The notes below the pieces were generated by a model that made no database searches, had not been told where the DNA came from, and saw only the letters and a list, made by a program, of their open reading frames with translations. Below, in pieces: positions 1 to 9,838 of a stretch of 64,000 nucleotides of DNA. The position numbers were made by a program, and so were the translations under genes. Origin of the DNA: an uncultured Verrucomicrobiota bacterium (GTDB taxonomy: Bacteria > Verrucomicrobiota > Verrucomicrobiia > CAZIPW01); NCBI GenBank assembly GCA_964541905.1, contig CAZIRU010000001.1:141490-205489 (forward strand), written 5' to 3'. Numbering within the stretch: position 1 is the first letter of the stretch; the number at the start of each line of letters is the position of its first letter.

Positions 1-118
1 AGAGTAGGGGCGGGGGTAGCCCTGGTGTTGATAGGCAGCTTCTTTTCGCAAAAGAGGCGGAAGCTCAAGCCAACGAAAAATCTCGCTTCGGCTGAATAAT
101 TTTTACAAACTAACATTC

Positions 119-1765
119 ATGATTACGGCTTTTCAAAAAACCTTCCAAAAACACGCGCGCTGGGTCTTTATTACCCTTCTGGTCATCATGGTGATTCCCT
201 TTGTCTTTGCCTATGCGCCCGGATCAAAAGCTTCCTCACTACTTCCGCGCGACAAGGGACGTTTATTCTTGGGGCACGATCTCTCGGATGAGGCGCATGT
301 ACGCGAGCTGGGCCGGGCCGCTTCACTTGAGCAATGGCTCACGCTTGGCTATCCGCCGCAGTCTTCCGAAGAATTCCAGCGGCTTATTTTTGATCACATT
401 ATCCTATCGAACCTCGCCGACAGCCTCACAATCCCAACTCCATCCACCCAACAGCTTTCAGAATACATTGCCACACTACCGCCCTTCCTCGACGAAAATG
501 GCCGATTCAGCCAAGAGCTTTTCACTCAGCTGCAAGAGCGTTTTACCGCGCAAGAAGGTTTTGCCAAAGAATATCTGGGCGCGCGCATTGCTCAAAGCTG
601 GAGGCTCTCCCAGCTTTTCAAAAATCAGGCCGCCTTCTATTTACCCACAAGCCTCCAGCGCGAATATGGGCTTTGGGCCGCTAAATACACCACGGCCGTT
701 GCAATGCTAGAGCCGCACATAGAGGAACCCACGCTTTCGCAAGAAGAGCTGACCGAATATTTTGAAAAACATCAGGCCAACTATCGCACGCCCGAGCTGC
801 GCAGCGGCATTGCTTATGCAATACCCGCGGGAAAGTTTCTCTCGCAAATATCCGAGCCCAGCGAGGAACAGCTGCAGCGCTTTTTTGATTCCATAAGCTT
901 CCGTTTCATCGAGTGGCAAATGCAACAAGACGGGAAGCCCTCAGCTGAACCCAAGGCTCCCGCCTTGGCAGATCATCGCAAAGAAACGCTTGAGCTTTAC
1001 AAGACACAGAGAGCCGCGCGCACAGCAGCTGAAGCGGTGGATGTGATTGTGCAAAAAATATTTAAAGAAAAAATCGTTCCCGGCTCCAAAGCTTGGGAAG
1101 AACTGTTGGAGGCCAGCGGCGCACAGTTGATTGCGCTTGATGCCCTCGCGCGCGACAATCCCGATTGCGATGAGAATACCTTGAACGCACTCTTTGAAGC
1201 GCAACTGAATGTACAGCCCTATAGTGGCGCCTTTGCAACCGAAACGGATGGACGCTTTGTTTTACTCAAGAGCGTGGAGCTCTCGAAGGACCAACCACTC
1301 GAAGCTGTTGAGGAAACGGTCCAAGCAGATGCTCTTGCTGAAAAAAAACAACGCGTAGCGCTCGAGGCGATGGGGAAAAAGGTTGAGGATCTTAAATCGA
1401 CCTTTTTAGCGCAGGAGATGAGCCCTGACGTGGAGGGCCCAAGTTTTGAAGCGCTTGCACGCGAGATGGGGTTTGTCGTCACCACTCCAGAACCCTTCAC
1501 GCTTTCGCGGCCCGCGCTCGAGCTGCAGCGCAATTCGCAAAAGATCCTGCGAGGCCTTTTGGCTACAAGCGAAGGAGGTTTTGTTAGCGACATAACCCCA
1601 AAACAGGCCGTCGTTGTCTGGGTGCGCGCAAAGGACATACCTGTATTTGAGGGGGGAAACCCCGAGGCGTTTTTGCTACGCGGCAGGCTCGAAAGCATTT
1701 ATAAAAACTTACAAAAGCTCTCGTGCTTGGGCGAATGGGCTGCTCTTAACGGCAATAAAAAATAG
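119..1765 (+). CDS. membrane-anchored periplasmic chaperone-like protein (PpiD/SurA-N-like; no clear PPIase motif)
   Basis: 548-aa ORF with one N-terminal TM helix (VFITLLVIMVIPFVFAY) followed by a large soluble domain. The architecture resembles PpiD/SurA-type chaperones. No catalytic motif was recognised. Confidence 0.35.
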   Translation: MITAFQKTFQKHARWVFITLLVIMVIPFVFAYAPGSKASSLLPRDKGRLFLGHDLSDEAHVRELGRAASLEQWLTLGYPPQSSEEFQRLIFDHIILSNLADSLTIPTPSTQQLSEYIATLPPFLDENGRFSQELFTQLQERFTAQEGFAKEYLGARIAQSWRLSQLFKNQAAFYLPTSLQREYGLWAAKYTTAVAMLEPHIEEPTLSQEELTEYFEKHQANYRTPELRSGIAYAIPAGKFLSQISEPSEEQLQRFFDSISFRFIEWQMQQDGKPSAEPKAPALADHRKETLELYKTQRAARTAAEAVDVIVQKIFKEKIVPGSKAWEELLEASGAQLIALDALARDNPDCDENTLNALFEAQLNVQPYSGAFATETDGRFVLLKSVELSKDQPLEAVEETVQADALAEKKQRVALEAMGKKVEDLKSTFLAQEMSPDVEGPSFEALAREMGFVVTTPEPFTLSRPALELQRNSQKILRGLLATSEGGFVSDITPKQAVVVWVRAKDIPVFEGGNPEAFLLRGRLESIYKNLQKLSCLGEWAALNGNKK

Positions 1766-1767
1766 GA

Positions 1768-2682
1768 TCAATCGAAAAGGGTTTGCGCGTCGGGTTTATG
1801 ATCGGGGCCCACGAAAAGCGTTTTTGAAACCGGAAGCTGCTTAAAAAAAGTGCGTTGCTTGCGCGCCAACGCAAGCGTATCTTGTACAATGAGCTCAAGA
1901 AGCGCTTCGCGTGAAGAAATCTCGCCGCGCAAAAAAGCCAAGACCTCGCGATAGTCGATAACACTTGCAGCCTGTGGATTTTGCGAGAGCCCGCTGGCTT
2001 CCAAACGGCGAACTTCTTCTAAAAGTCCTCCATTGAGCATTATTTCGGCACGCAAGCGGATGCGGGCTTTAAGGTCTTCATTTTCGCGCATGAGCATAAC
2101 GACGCGCTTTTGAAAATTCGCATAGGGACGCGGCTGGTTCCGAAACTCTTCATGCAACTCACGAAAGCTCTTTCCGGTGGCACGCACGCGCTCAAGCGCC
2201 TTGATCACTCGGCGGGGATTCCGAGTGTCCAAGCCGGTCAGGTCTTTGCCGCCTCTGCGACGGAGTTCTTTCAGAAGCCCTGCGAGGCCCTCGTTTTTGA
2301 AAAGGTTTGCCACTTCGTTAACAACCTCTTCACCAACGCCTACCCCATCGGTGACATTTTCAAAAAAGCTTTTAAGGTAAAAGGCGCTGCCTCCGGCAAC
2401 AAGGAGCACCTTGTCCCGCAACTGAACGTCAGCAACGACTTGGCGTGCTCGTTCAATATAGTCGGCTACCGAAAAGCGCTCGGTCATAGTTACATAATCT
2501 ATCCCATGGTGAGGAACGGCACGCCGTTCTTCGGCTGTCGGCTTTGCCGTGCCAATATCCATACCCTTGTAAACCAGCGGAGCATCTGCACAAAGAATTT
2601 CCGCATCATGAGCTTGCGCCCACTCAATAGCGAGGGCAGTTTTACCTACAGCTGTTGGACCTATAAGGAAGAAAAGCTTCAT
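1768..2682 (-). CDS. miaA: tRNA dimethylallyltransferase
   Basis: P-loop GPTAVGKT near the N-terminus and overall MiaA-like sequence (DAEILCADAPLVYKGMDIGTAKP). Start moved to the ATG at 2682 (MKLFFLIG), internal to the longer ORF listed in the track. Confidence 0.85.
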   Translation of the reverse strand: MKLFFLIGPTAVGKTALAIEWAQAHDAEILCADAPLVYKGMDIGTAKPTAEERRAVPHHGIDYVTMTERFSVADYIERARQVVADVQLRDKVLLVAGGSAFYLKSFFENVTDGVGVGEEVVNEVANLFKNEGLAGLLKELRRRGGKDLTGLDTRNPRRVIKALERVRATGKSFRELHEEFRNQPRPYANFQKRVVMLMRENEDLKARIRLRAEIMLNGGLLEEVRRLEASGLSQNPQAASVIDYREVLAFLRGEISSREALLELIVQDTLALARKQRTFFKQLPVSKTLFVGPDHKPDAQTLFD

Positions 2683-2717
2683 GCGCAGTCGCATTTTAAG
2701 GGCACGGGCACATTTTT

Positions 2718-4025
2718 TCAAGAAAGAGGACTTGGCAAATGGGGGGCCAACTGAATTTTCTTGAGCCCCACCTTTATCGGCCACCAGAAGTTCCAAGCCA
2801 ATTGCACCGCCCACAACCAAATAATCATACCTGTCACACCAAAGAGCTGCAGCGCACCAGCTCCGCCTAAAATCGCCAGAACGCCGCTAAGCACGTCATA
2901 TTTCCAAAAAGGAAACTCGTTGAAAGCACTCACCAGCGTCACAAAATTGTTGCGGTGATTTTCGAGGATAAAAAAGGCCATGAGCGCGGCCAGCGCAGAA
3001 AGTGGTAAAAGGTGCGTCTTGGCGCTCAAAAGCTGTAGCGCCCATGGGCCCGCCGCCAGAAGGCTAAGCGCAAAAACTGTGTGCCCCAAGAGCGTTTGAC
3101 GGATCTTTTTTAAAAAAAGAGAGCGTAGCGCAGCAAGGTCCCCCGAAGCCGTCAGTGCGTGCAAATGGGGAAGTACCGCCACCATCGGAATTTGTGCCAG
3201 CGCCGTCAGAAATAAGCCAACTTGAACGCTAAAACCGTAAGGCCCCGCCAACTCAACGCCCAAAAGGCGCCCCATCAAAAGCGTTGGGCCGTGATAAATA
3301 AGCGCCTGCCCCAATCTCGAGCAACCCGTGCGCCACGAATTGGGCCAGAGTTTTTGAAACAAATCTCCACGCCACACGCCTCCTTTGAACCGCCGGCAGG
3401 CGACTGTAAAAAGAATATATTGCAGCAACCAGCCCACCGCCAGCGCACTGCAGCCCCAAAAAAGCGAATGGGTGATAAAGAGCACTACCGCCGCAAGCCC
3501 GAAAGTCAGCAAGATGCCGAAACTAAAAAGTTTTTGCGCACCCAAAAGGCGGCCCGCCCCTTGTAGATAAGCATAGCGCTGCGAGACCATAAGCTGCAAT
3601 CCAGCCGCGAAACAATAAAACCACCAAGCGACATACACGCCTGCTGTACGCTCCCACTCGGGCAAAAGCAAAAGACCTCCTAATCCGCCTCCAAGCAAAA
3701 TCAAAAAACCAAGCGCTGCATACAAAAAAGAGGTTGTCGCTAACAAATCTTTCAGGCCGCGCCAGTTGGGCCCCGAACCCTCCACTTCACAAAGCCCTTG
3801 AGGCCGCAAGTCGGCCACTCCAGCCCAGAAATGGCTGCTGCTGCGCAAAACTGCCGCTGAAAGCCCCACATCCAAAAGTTGCACCAACGCACCAAAGCTC
3901 GAAAATAAAAACCACAAGCCGGACGCCGTCTTATCCAACGCGGTTACCGCAGCCATCGTCAGAAAAAAAACGCCAAACGCGCGTGACGCTAGGGCGCTGG
4001 CCGTCCAAAGAGTTTCGCGGCTCAT
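2718..4025 (-). CDS. polytopic membrane protein, MOP/Wzx-type oligosaccharide flippase-like
   Basis: 435 aa with roughly 12 predicted TM helices. It overlaps the start of the downstream GT2 gene by 4 nt, suggesting an operon with the GT2 and GT39/83-like genes. Confidence 0.45.
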   Translation of the reverse strand: MSRETLWTASALASRAFGVFFLTMAAVTALDKTASGLWFLFSSFGALVQLLDVGLSAAVLRSSSHFWAGVADLRPQGLCEVEGSGPNWRGLKDLLATTSFLYAALGFLILLGGGLGGLLLLPEWERTAGVYVAWWFYCFAAGLQLMVSQRYAYLQGAGRLLGAQKLFSFGILLTFGLAAVVLFITHSLFWGCSALAVGWLLQYILFTVACRRFKGGVWRGDLFQKLWPNSWRTGCSRLGQALIYHGPTLLMGRLLGVELAGPYGFSVQVGLFLTALAQIPMVAVLPHLHALTASGDLAALRSLFLKKIRQTLLGHTVFALSLLAAGPWALQLLSAKTHLLPLSALAALMAFFILENHRNNFVTLVSAFNEFPFWKYDVLSGVLAILGGAGALQLFGVTGMIIWLWAVQLAWNFWWPIKVGLKKIQLAPHLPSPLS

Positions 4026-4969
4026 TCGTCGAAACCTTTTTTTTCAACGACCGGGATCTTCCGCCGCACACCTCCTCCTTGGCGCAGAAAAAGCTCCGCT
4101 AGGACTCCGGTCCCAATCATTTGCGCGGCCAGTAGAACGCACATTATGCCAAAAAAGAAAAGTGGCCGCCCGTCAATATAGTTGCCGAAAAATTGATTGA
4201 TCCAAAGATAAAGAAGCGTAAAAAAACCGATCGCGCCGACGATAATTCCAACCCCCCCGAAGAAGTGTCCCGGGCGCGCGCCGAAGCGAGTCATAATCGT
4301 CACGGAGAATAAATCCAATAGCCCCTTCACAAAGCGCCCGAAGCCGTACTTAGAACATCCGAATTTGCGCGCGTGATGTTCAACGGGGATTTCTGCAACG
4401 CGAAAACCTTCGGCGTTTGCAAAGACGGGGATAAAACGGTGCATCTCACCGTACAAAGGGAGCGTCTCCACCACCTCGCGACGATAGGCCTTGTAGCCAT
4501 TGTTGAAATCATGAAGCTTCACGCCCGAGAAAAAACGCACCATAGCGTTAAAAAGAAGGGATGGGAAGGTTTTATCTATAGGATCGTGGCGAATCTTTTT
4601 CCAGCCCGAAACCAAGTCGTAGCCTTCGTCGAGCTTAGCGATAAACCGCGGCATCTCTTTCGGGTCGTCCTGCAAATCTGCATCCATCGTGAAAATAATT
4701 TCCCCGCGAGCCTCGCGAAAACCAGCGGCAAGTGCCGTCGCTTTGCCAAAATTGCGGCGCATCCGTAAAGCCCTGACGCGCGATGGATTTTCTTCCACAA
4801 GGGCTCTCATAACCTTCCACGACCCATCCGTCGAGCCGTCATCCACAAAAAGCACCTCCCATTCGCGCCCGAACTCGGCGGCGTATTGGGAGACTTGCGC
4901 AAACAACTCTCGCAAGGAGAGCTCCTCGTTGTAGGCTGGAATAACCACACTTAAAAACATTTCAGTCAT
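4022..4969 (-). CDS. polyprenol-phosphate glycosyltransferase, GT2 family (ArnC/GtrB/DPM1-like)
   Basis: N-terminal VVIPAYNEE motif, D-rich catalytic region (FVDDGSTDGS, MDADLQDDP) and two C-terminal TM helices, typical of Und-P sugar transferases. Confidence 0.8.
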   Translation of the reverse strand: MTEMFLSVVIPAYNEELSLRELFAQVSQYAAEFGREWEVLFVDDGSTDGSWKVMRALVEENPSRVRALRMRRNFGKATALAAGFREARGEIIFTMDADLQDDPKEMPRFIAKLDEGYDLVSGWKKIRHDPIDKTFPSLLFNAMVRFFSGVKLHDFNNGYKAYRREVVETLPLYGEMHRFIPVFANAEGFRVAEIPVEHHARKFGCSKYGFGRFVKGLLDLFSVTIMTRFGARPGHFFGGVGIIVGAIGFFTLLYLWINQFFGNYIDGRPLFFFGIMCVLLAAQMIGTGVLAELFLRQGGGVRRKIPVVEKKGFDE

Positions 4970-6899
4970 TCAAACGGGCGGATGCCTTCCGGTCAAACAG
5001 GTTTTGCCAGCCCGAAAGCGCTTCTTGGGTCGCCTTAACGCCGTATTTATGGATCAAAAGCTCTCTTGCGGAAGGTTCTCCAACGACCGCCAACGAAAGC
5101 TGCACAGGAGTCGAAATAGCTTTCCACTCGTTAAGGCGAAGGATCTCCTGCGCTTCGACCGGCCCGGTCAAAAGCAAAGCCGCTAGCGCGTTCTCTGTCG
5201 CCGCATTCGTAATGGGTGAAGCTGCGACAAGTTCTCGCCATGCGGAACGATTGCCTTCGAGCTGATAGCAGCACAATCCGGCAATAAACCTTGCCTCGGG
5301 AGAAGGCATGTGGAGTTTGCCAAAAATTTCAAGCCCTTCTCGGCACCATGCGCGGGTAGGGGTTTCGCCGCCTTTTAAGAGAAGATTGTACCGCGCTTGC
5401 AAAAGCCCCTCCCAAATCTCAGAGGAAGTCTTTCCTTCATCTGCAAGCGCTTGAAATTCAAGAGCGGACTGATGATCGCGCCCCACTTTTAAAGCTGCCT
5501 GCGCTCCAAGCAAACGATCCGCCCGCGTTGTATCAACGCGGCCAACTCTCCAAAACGGCAGCGCGCTCGCCAAAACAAAAACAAAGAGCGTCAGGGCCCT
5601 TGCAAAATCACCCTGCGACATCGCGTTTCTAAAGCGCTCGCGCAACTGCACCCAAGCCCCCGTCGCTCCTCCACACAAGACGCAGGCAAAGAGTACGAGC
5701 GGCGACCGAAAACGATCCGAAGGATAAAAAAGCGCGGCACCCAAGGCATAGACAACCGCAAAAAGAGTTACTACCCTCCAAGTTTGGGGTAGGGGCCGAA
5801 AGAACAAGACCGAGAAGAGCGCGACAGCTGCAACAAGGGTAAAATTTAATGGGTTCTGCGCCAAAATCGGATTCTGGGCTTTCTGGAACGAGTAGGTTTT
5901 GTTGTTATAGCCTTCGTGAACATTGAAAAGCGCGTAAAATTTACGAAGATAACCCGCCAAAAATTCAACAGGATTTGAAAACACTTGCTCTATAAAACGC
6001 CCTTGCCAGTAGCGCTCCACCTCAGCATGCGAGGCCGGAGCGCGTCCAGTCTGTTCTTGATATAAAATTTCGGACTCCGCCCGCGCGGGATTCACGCCTT
6101 CTGGCAGCGCGGCTATATCCAACCTTTGCGAAAAAAACTCCCGGCCTGCCTGATTGGCCACGTAGAGATTATAGCCACCTTGTTGCGGCAACAAATAAAA
6201 CCTTCCCGTTCGCGAAAGCTCCGTCCCGATAAAAACACCCCATACCAAAAGCAAGCCGAGGCCAAAAGCAACGGCAGTGGGTTTTGCGCAGCTCTTCTCT
6301 TTCCGCAAAGCGATTGCCAGTAAAACGATAGCCGCCAAGGTCACGGTTAACAGTTGCGGCCGCGTCAAGGTCGCAAGCGAAAGGATCATCCCCGAAAGCA
6401 AGCCCGCTCTTGTGGCATTCTGCGTTTTTTGCTCAATTGCTCTCAAAAGAAAATATATGCCCCACGCCAAAAGCGTCTGGGCCAAGGTTGCGTCCAGAAG
6501 GTCTCCCGCTAAATAAAGGGCCACAGGATAAAACCCGTAAAGGCCCGCCGCCAGAAGCGCACCGCGTCGATCCTCCCATAAAAGGAGCGCCGTTTTGTAA
6601 ATTCCAAGAGCGGTTAAAAGATGCAAAACCAGATTGGCCAGCTGCCCGAAAAACAAAACCCCAGCATCTCCCAACCCTAACTGATAAAAAAGAGAAAGCA
6701 TCCACGCGTAAAGCGGCGCACGATAGAAAGGCTCCGGCACAAGTGCCCCCTCGGCAATTGTACGCGCAAGGAGCTGTTGCTCGCGTGCATCCAATTGCGC
6801 CACCTGCCCCGAAGGCGTCGCGCGGTAAGCCACCCAAAAGGCAAGCGCATAGACACCTATCGCCACCCACCACAGAGTTTTTATGCGCCTCCACTGCAT
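4962..6899 (-). CDS. GT-C fold glycosyltransferase, ArnT/PMT-like (GT39/GT83), with a C-terminal soluble extension
   Basis: 645 aa. The N-terminal ~420 aa are multi-TM with an early periplasmic loop. The C-terminal ~200 aa are soluble and TPR-like. It overlaps the GT2 gene by 8 nt. Confidence 0.5.
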   Translation of the reverse strand: MQWRRIKTLWWVAIGVYALAFWVAYRATPSGQVAQLDAREQQLLARTIAEGALVPEPFYRAPLYAWMLSLFYQLGLGDAGVLFFGQLANLVLHLLTALGIYKTALLLWEDRRGALLAAGLYGFYPVALYLAGDLLDATLAQTLLAWGIYFLLRAIEQKTQNATRAGLLSGMILSLATLTRPQLLTVTLAAIVLLAIALRKEKSCAKPTAVAFGLGLLLVWGVFIGTELSRTGRFYLLPQQGGYNLYVANQAGREFFSQRLDIAALPEGVNPARAESEILYQEQTGRAPASHAEVERYWQGRFIEQVFSNPVEFLAGYLRKFYALFNVHEGYNNKTYSFQKAQNPILAQNPLNFTLVAAVALFSVLFFRPLPQTWRVVTLFAVVYALGAALFYPSDRFRSPLVLFACVLCGGATGAWVQLRERFRNAMSQGDFARALTLFVFVLASALPFWRVGRVDTTRADRLLGAQAALKVGRDHQSALEFQALADEGKTSSEIWEGLLQARYNLLLKGGETPTRAWCREGLEIFGKLHMPSPEARFIAGLCCYQLEGNRSAWRELVAASPITNAATENALAALLLTGPVEAQEILRLNEWKAISTPVQLSLAVVGEPSARELLIHKYGVKATQEALSGWQNLFDRKASARLND

Positions 6900-7004
6900 G
6901 GGTCTATTATTACAATCATACGCCCCCCTCGCAAGACTCCTGCCTCAACTTCGCGCCTTAATGCTTGACTATAGGCGCATACGGGGGTATGATAAACTTT
7001 CCTA

Positions 7005-7078
<74 letters not shown>

Positions 7079-7096
7079 CGTTTTTTGGGGCTACCT

Positions 7097-7675
7097 TTAC
7101 CAATCTTTTTTTAACGTGTCTTCGACCGCCGCCTGCTTAAGCAATTCCGACGCTGTATCGTTTTGAGGATCGTTCTCCAACGTGGCGCGAATCACCCCTT
7201 GCGCCTCCTCTATTCGGCCTTGTTTGAGATAACACTGTGCAAGCAAGACCTGCTCGTGGATAGCTTTAGGCTTGAGGGTCACCACCGATTCCAGCGAAAG
7301 CGCCGCCGTCCCCCACAACTCGCGAGCATAGGCCACTTCCGCAAAGGCCTGATGGGCCGTCACGCTATCTGGCGTTTCCACTAAAATCTGTTCCAGACGA
7401 TTCAGGTAATGCATCGGCGCGTTCACCAGGGCATAATAAATCCGCCAGCAAAAGGTTAAAAGGGCCGCCACCAAGCGCGATTGGCGATGCTCGTTAAGGA
7501 CAACCACCGTTTGCCGCAAAAGTAATCTCAGCTCTGGACAATTTGGATAGCGCCGCAGCAAACCGAATAGCAGCGACCGCGTATAGTGAAAATACCCCCC
7601 CGACATCGCCTTCTGGGATTTTTCCAGCATCAGGCGTGAGGCAGTCTCGAGCTCCGAAAGGGAAATTTCTCGCAC
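7097..7675 (-). CDS. TPR repeat protein
   Basis: 192 aa of helical repeats with TPR-like periodicity (LAQCYLKQGRIEEAQGVIRATLENDP). Confidence 0.5.
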   Translation of the reverse strand: MREISLSELETASRLMLEKSQKAMSGGYFHYTRSLLFGLLRRYPNCPELRLLLRQTVVVLNEHRQSRLVAALLTFCWRIYYALVNAPMHYLNRLEQILVETPDSVTAHQAFAEVAYARELWGTAALSLESVVTLKPKAIHEQVLLAQCYLKQGRIEEAQGVIRATLENDPQNDTASELLKQAAVEDTLKKDW

Positions 7676-7783
7676 TCTGGCTTCCTTTTTATAGCAAAAA
7701 ATTTTCCTGGCAAGCTAAATATGCCTTTTTATTAAAAAGAATACGGGCGGATGTTGCCTTAAATTAACATTTAACGGGCACGC

Positions 7784-9769
7784 TCAACTTTTCAAGACCC
7801 GCTCGTGCGCGTTGGTTTTGAGGGCCTCGACGAGTTTCTCCAGCCGCGCCTGCGCTCTTTTTTGCACAGCCAGGGCCATCTCGTCCACCCCTAGGGGTTC
7901 CCAGACAAAGCAATAAAAACGAACGCTGGGCTGGGTTCCGCTGGGCCGAATGCAAAAACGGCCTCCATCAATGTCGCAAATGATCATAGCCTCCGGCGGG
8001 ACCGTCTCTCCATCTGCATCCAGTATTTTTTCGTGCAGAAAATCGCGCACAGATCTGATCGCGCATTCACCTACGCTCTTCGGTGGGGACTTAATATAGG
8101 AGTCCACCAATTTTTTAAGTTTTGCCGCCCCATCAGCGCCTTCAAACGACACTTCCACCATTTTATCCTGATGGACGCCGTATTTGCGATAGAGCTCCTC
8201 TATGCCATCGGTGATCATTTTGCCTCGGCTAGCTAGGCGTGCCAACATTTCCGCAAACATCAGCACGGCGGCGTTAGCGTCCTTGTCCCTTACGCAATCA
8301 TAACCTAAATATCCATAGCTTTCTTCGCCTCCAAAGACGAAATATTTGCTATACTTCAGCAAAAGCTCACGGCGTTTTTCAAAAGACGTTCGATCATAAT
8401 CCAAGCCCACCCCATCTTTTGCCAACACGGCTTTCAGGCGCTCTTCATACATTCGTACCCGCCCGCATATCCATTTAAAACCGGTCAATGTGTTGATACA
8501 AGCAAGCCCATGCCGCTGGGCTATTTGGTCTTGCATGGGGGTCGTAACAAAAGTCTTTATAAAAACTGCGTTAGGGTGTCCCTCAGCTGGAAGTTGCCCA
8601 AGCTCTTTCATTTTACAAAGACGATCCTCCGCGATAAGGGAACCGATTAAATTTCCATTCAGGATCTTCCAGCCACCATCCGGCAACCGAACTGCCGCTC
8701 CCATGCGGTCACAATCCGGATCAGTAGCCAGCACTGCCTCTGCGCCGGCAACTTCCGCCTTTTTCATTGCAAGCTCAAGTGTCTCGGCATGCTGGGGATT
8801 GGGATATTTGACCGTCGGAAAGCGGCCATCAAAATTATTCTGCTCCTCTACCAGCAAAACCCCTGTTCCATATTTTTCGAAAGCGCGCGGCACCATGACC
8901 CCTCCGGTTCCATGCACGGGGCTGTAAACCATCTTCGGGGGATATTTCTTCAAGATCTCCGGCTCTAGGAGCGTCTCGCCCAGCGCAGTTAGATACGCTT
9001 CGTCAACGCTTGGGGGTAGAATTATTACTCTTGAAAGGTCCCTTTCCAGCAGCGCGAAGGTTTCGTTAAGGCTGATTTTTTCGACCTCTTCAATAATCTT
9101 TCTCTCAGGTTCACCAGAGATGAGCGCCCCATCGCCAAAATAGACTTTATAACCATTGTCGTGCGAAGGGTTGTGGCTGGCGGTGATGGCGACGCCAGCA
9201 GTGGCCCCCGCATATCGGGTTGTGAAGCTTAATTGCGGCACAGAACGCGGTCCTTCAAAAAGAAGCGCCACCCCTCCCAGCCTGACCCAGCAAGAAGCCG
9301 TCAACTCCGCGAAGCGCCTGGAAAAATGGCGGACATCGTGGGCAATGACAAGCTTTGGCGGTGTGAAGGTATGAGAGGTTTGAGCCAAATAATCCTTGCA
9401 ATAACGGAAAAGCCCCATTGTCGCGCGCAAGACGTTAAAGTCGTTCATCATCGCCGAGCCTAAAGCGGCATGCTCGGGCACTCCCCACGAATCAACACGC
9501 GCCTTTTCCGCTTCGGTGGAGGTTATCGCTATGGTTCGGCCGCGTATTCCCGAGGTCCCAAACCTGTTGCGCTTGTAAAACCTATTATTAAATTCGTCGG
9601 CCATCTCTGGGCGCGACAGCTCTTCCAAACTGGCATACACCCAAGAAGGAAAGCCTTCTGTCTCGATATAAGGCCTTGCGTTTTCAAAACTTTCCGGAAG
9701 GATTTTCCCCTGATCCTTTAAGGCGGTCAATCGTTGCAATATTTGCGCTGGGTTTATTTTCTCGGGCAT
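7784..9769 (-). CDS. alpha-D-phosphohexomutase (phosphoglucomutase/phosphomannomutase family)
   Basis: Active-site serine motif TASHNPSHDNGYK, plus the metal-binding DPDCDR and sugar-binding GGEESYG motifs. Confidence 0.85.
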   Translation of the reverse strand: MPEKINPAQILQRLTALKDQGKILPESFENARPYIETEGFPSWVYASLEELSRPEMADEFNNRFYKRNRFGTSGIRGRTIAITSTEAEKARVDSWGVPEHAALGSAMMNDFNVLRATMGLFRYCKDYLAQTSHTFTPPKLVIAHDVRHFSRRFAELTASCWVRLGGVALLFEGPRSVPQLSFTTRYAGATAGVAITASHNPSHDNGYKVYFGDGALISGEPERKIIEEVEKISLNETFALLERDLSRVIILPPSVDEAYLTALGETLLEPEILKKYPPKMVYSPVHGTGGVMVPRAFEKYGTGVLLVEEQNNFDGRFPTVKYPNPQHAETLELAMKKAEVAGAEAVLATDPDCDRMGAAVRLPDGGWKILNGNLIGSLIAEDRLCKMKELGQLPAEGHPNAVFIKTFVTTPMQDQIAQRHGLACINTLTGFKWICGRVRMYEERLKAVLAKDGVGLDYDRTSFEKRRELLLKYSKYFVFGGEESYGYLGYDCVRDKDANAAVLMFAEMLARLASRGKMITDGIEELYRKYGVHQDKMVEVSFEGADGAAKLKKLVDSYIKSPPKSVGECAIRSVRDFLHEKILDADGETVPPEAMIICDIDGGRFCIRPSGTQPSVRFYCFVWEPLGVDEMALAVQKRAQARLEKLVEALKTNAHERVLKS

Positions 9770-9838
9770 AAAAGTCTCCTAAAGCCCTACGGCTCTTTTT
9801 GTCGAAGCTTTTCGAAAAAGAGTAGGAATGAAAACCGC

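Noticed and set aside
201-1698. Overlapping or antisense ORFs inside the 119-1765 gene (201-710+, 707-928-, 941-1204-, 1219-1698-)
   Set aside because: Shadow ORFs are typical of high-GC DNA. They carry no motifs and lie entirely within a longer, better-supported coding frame.
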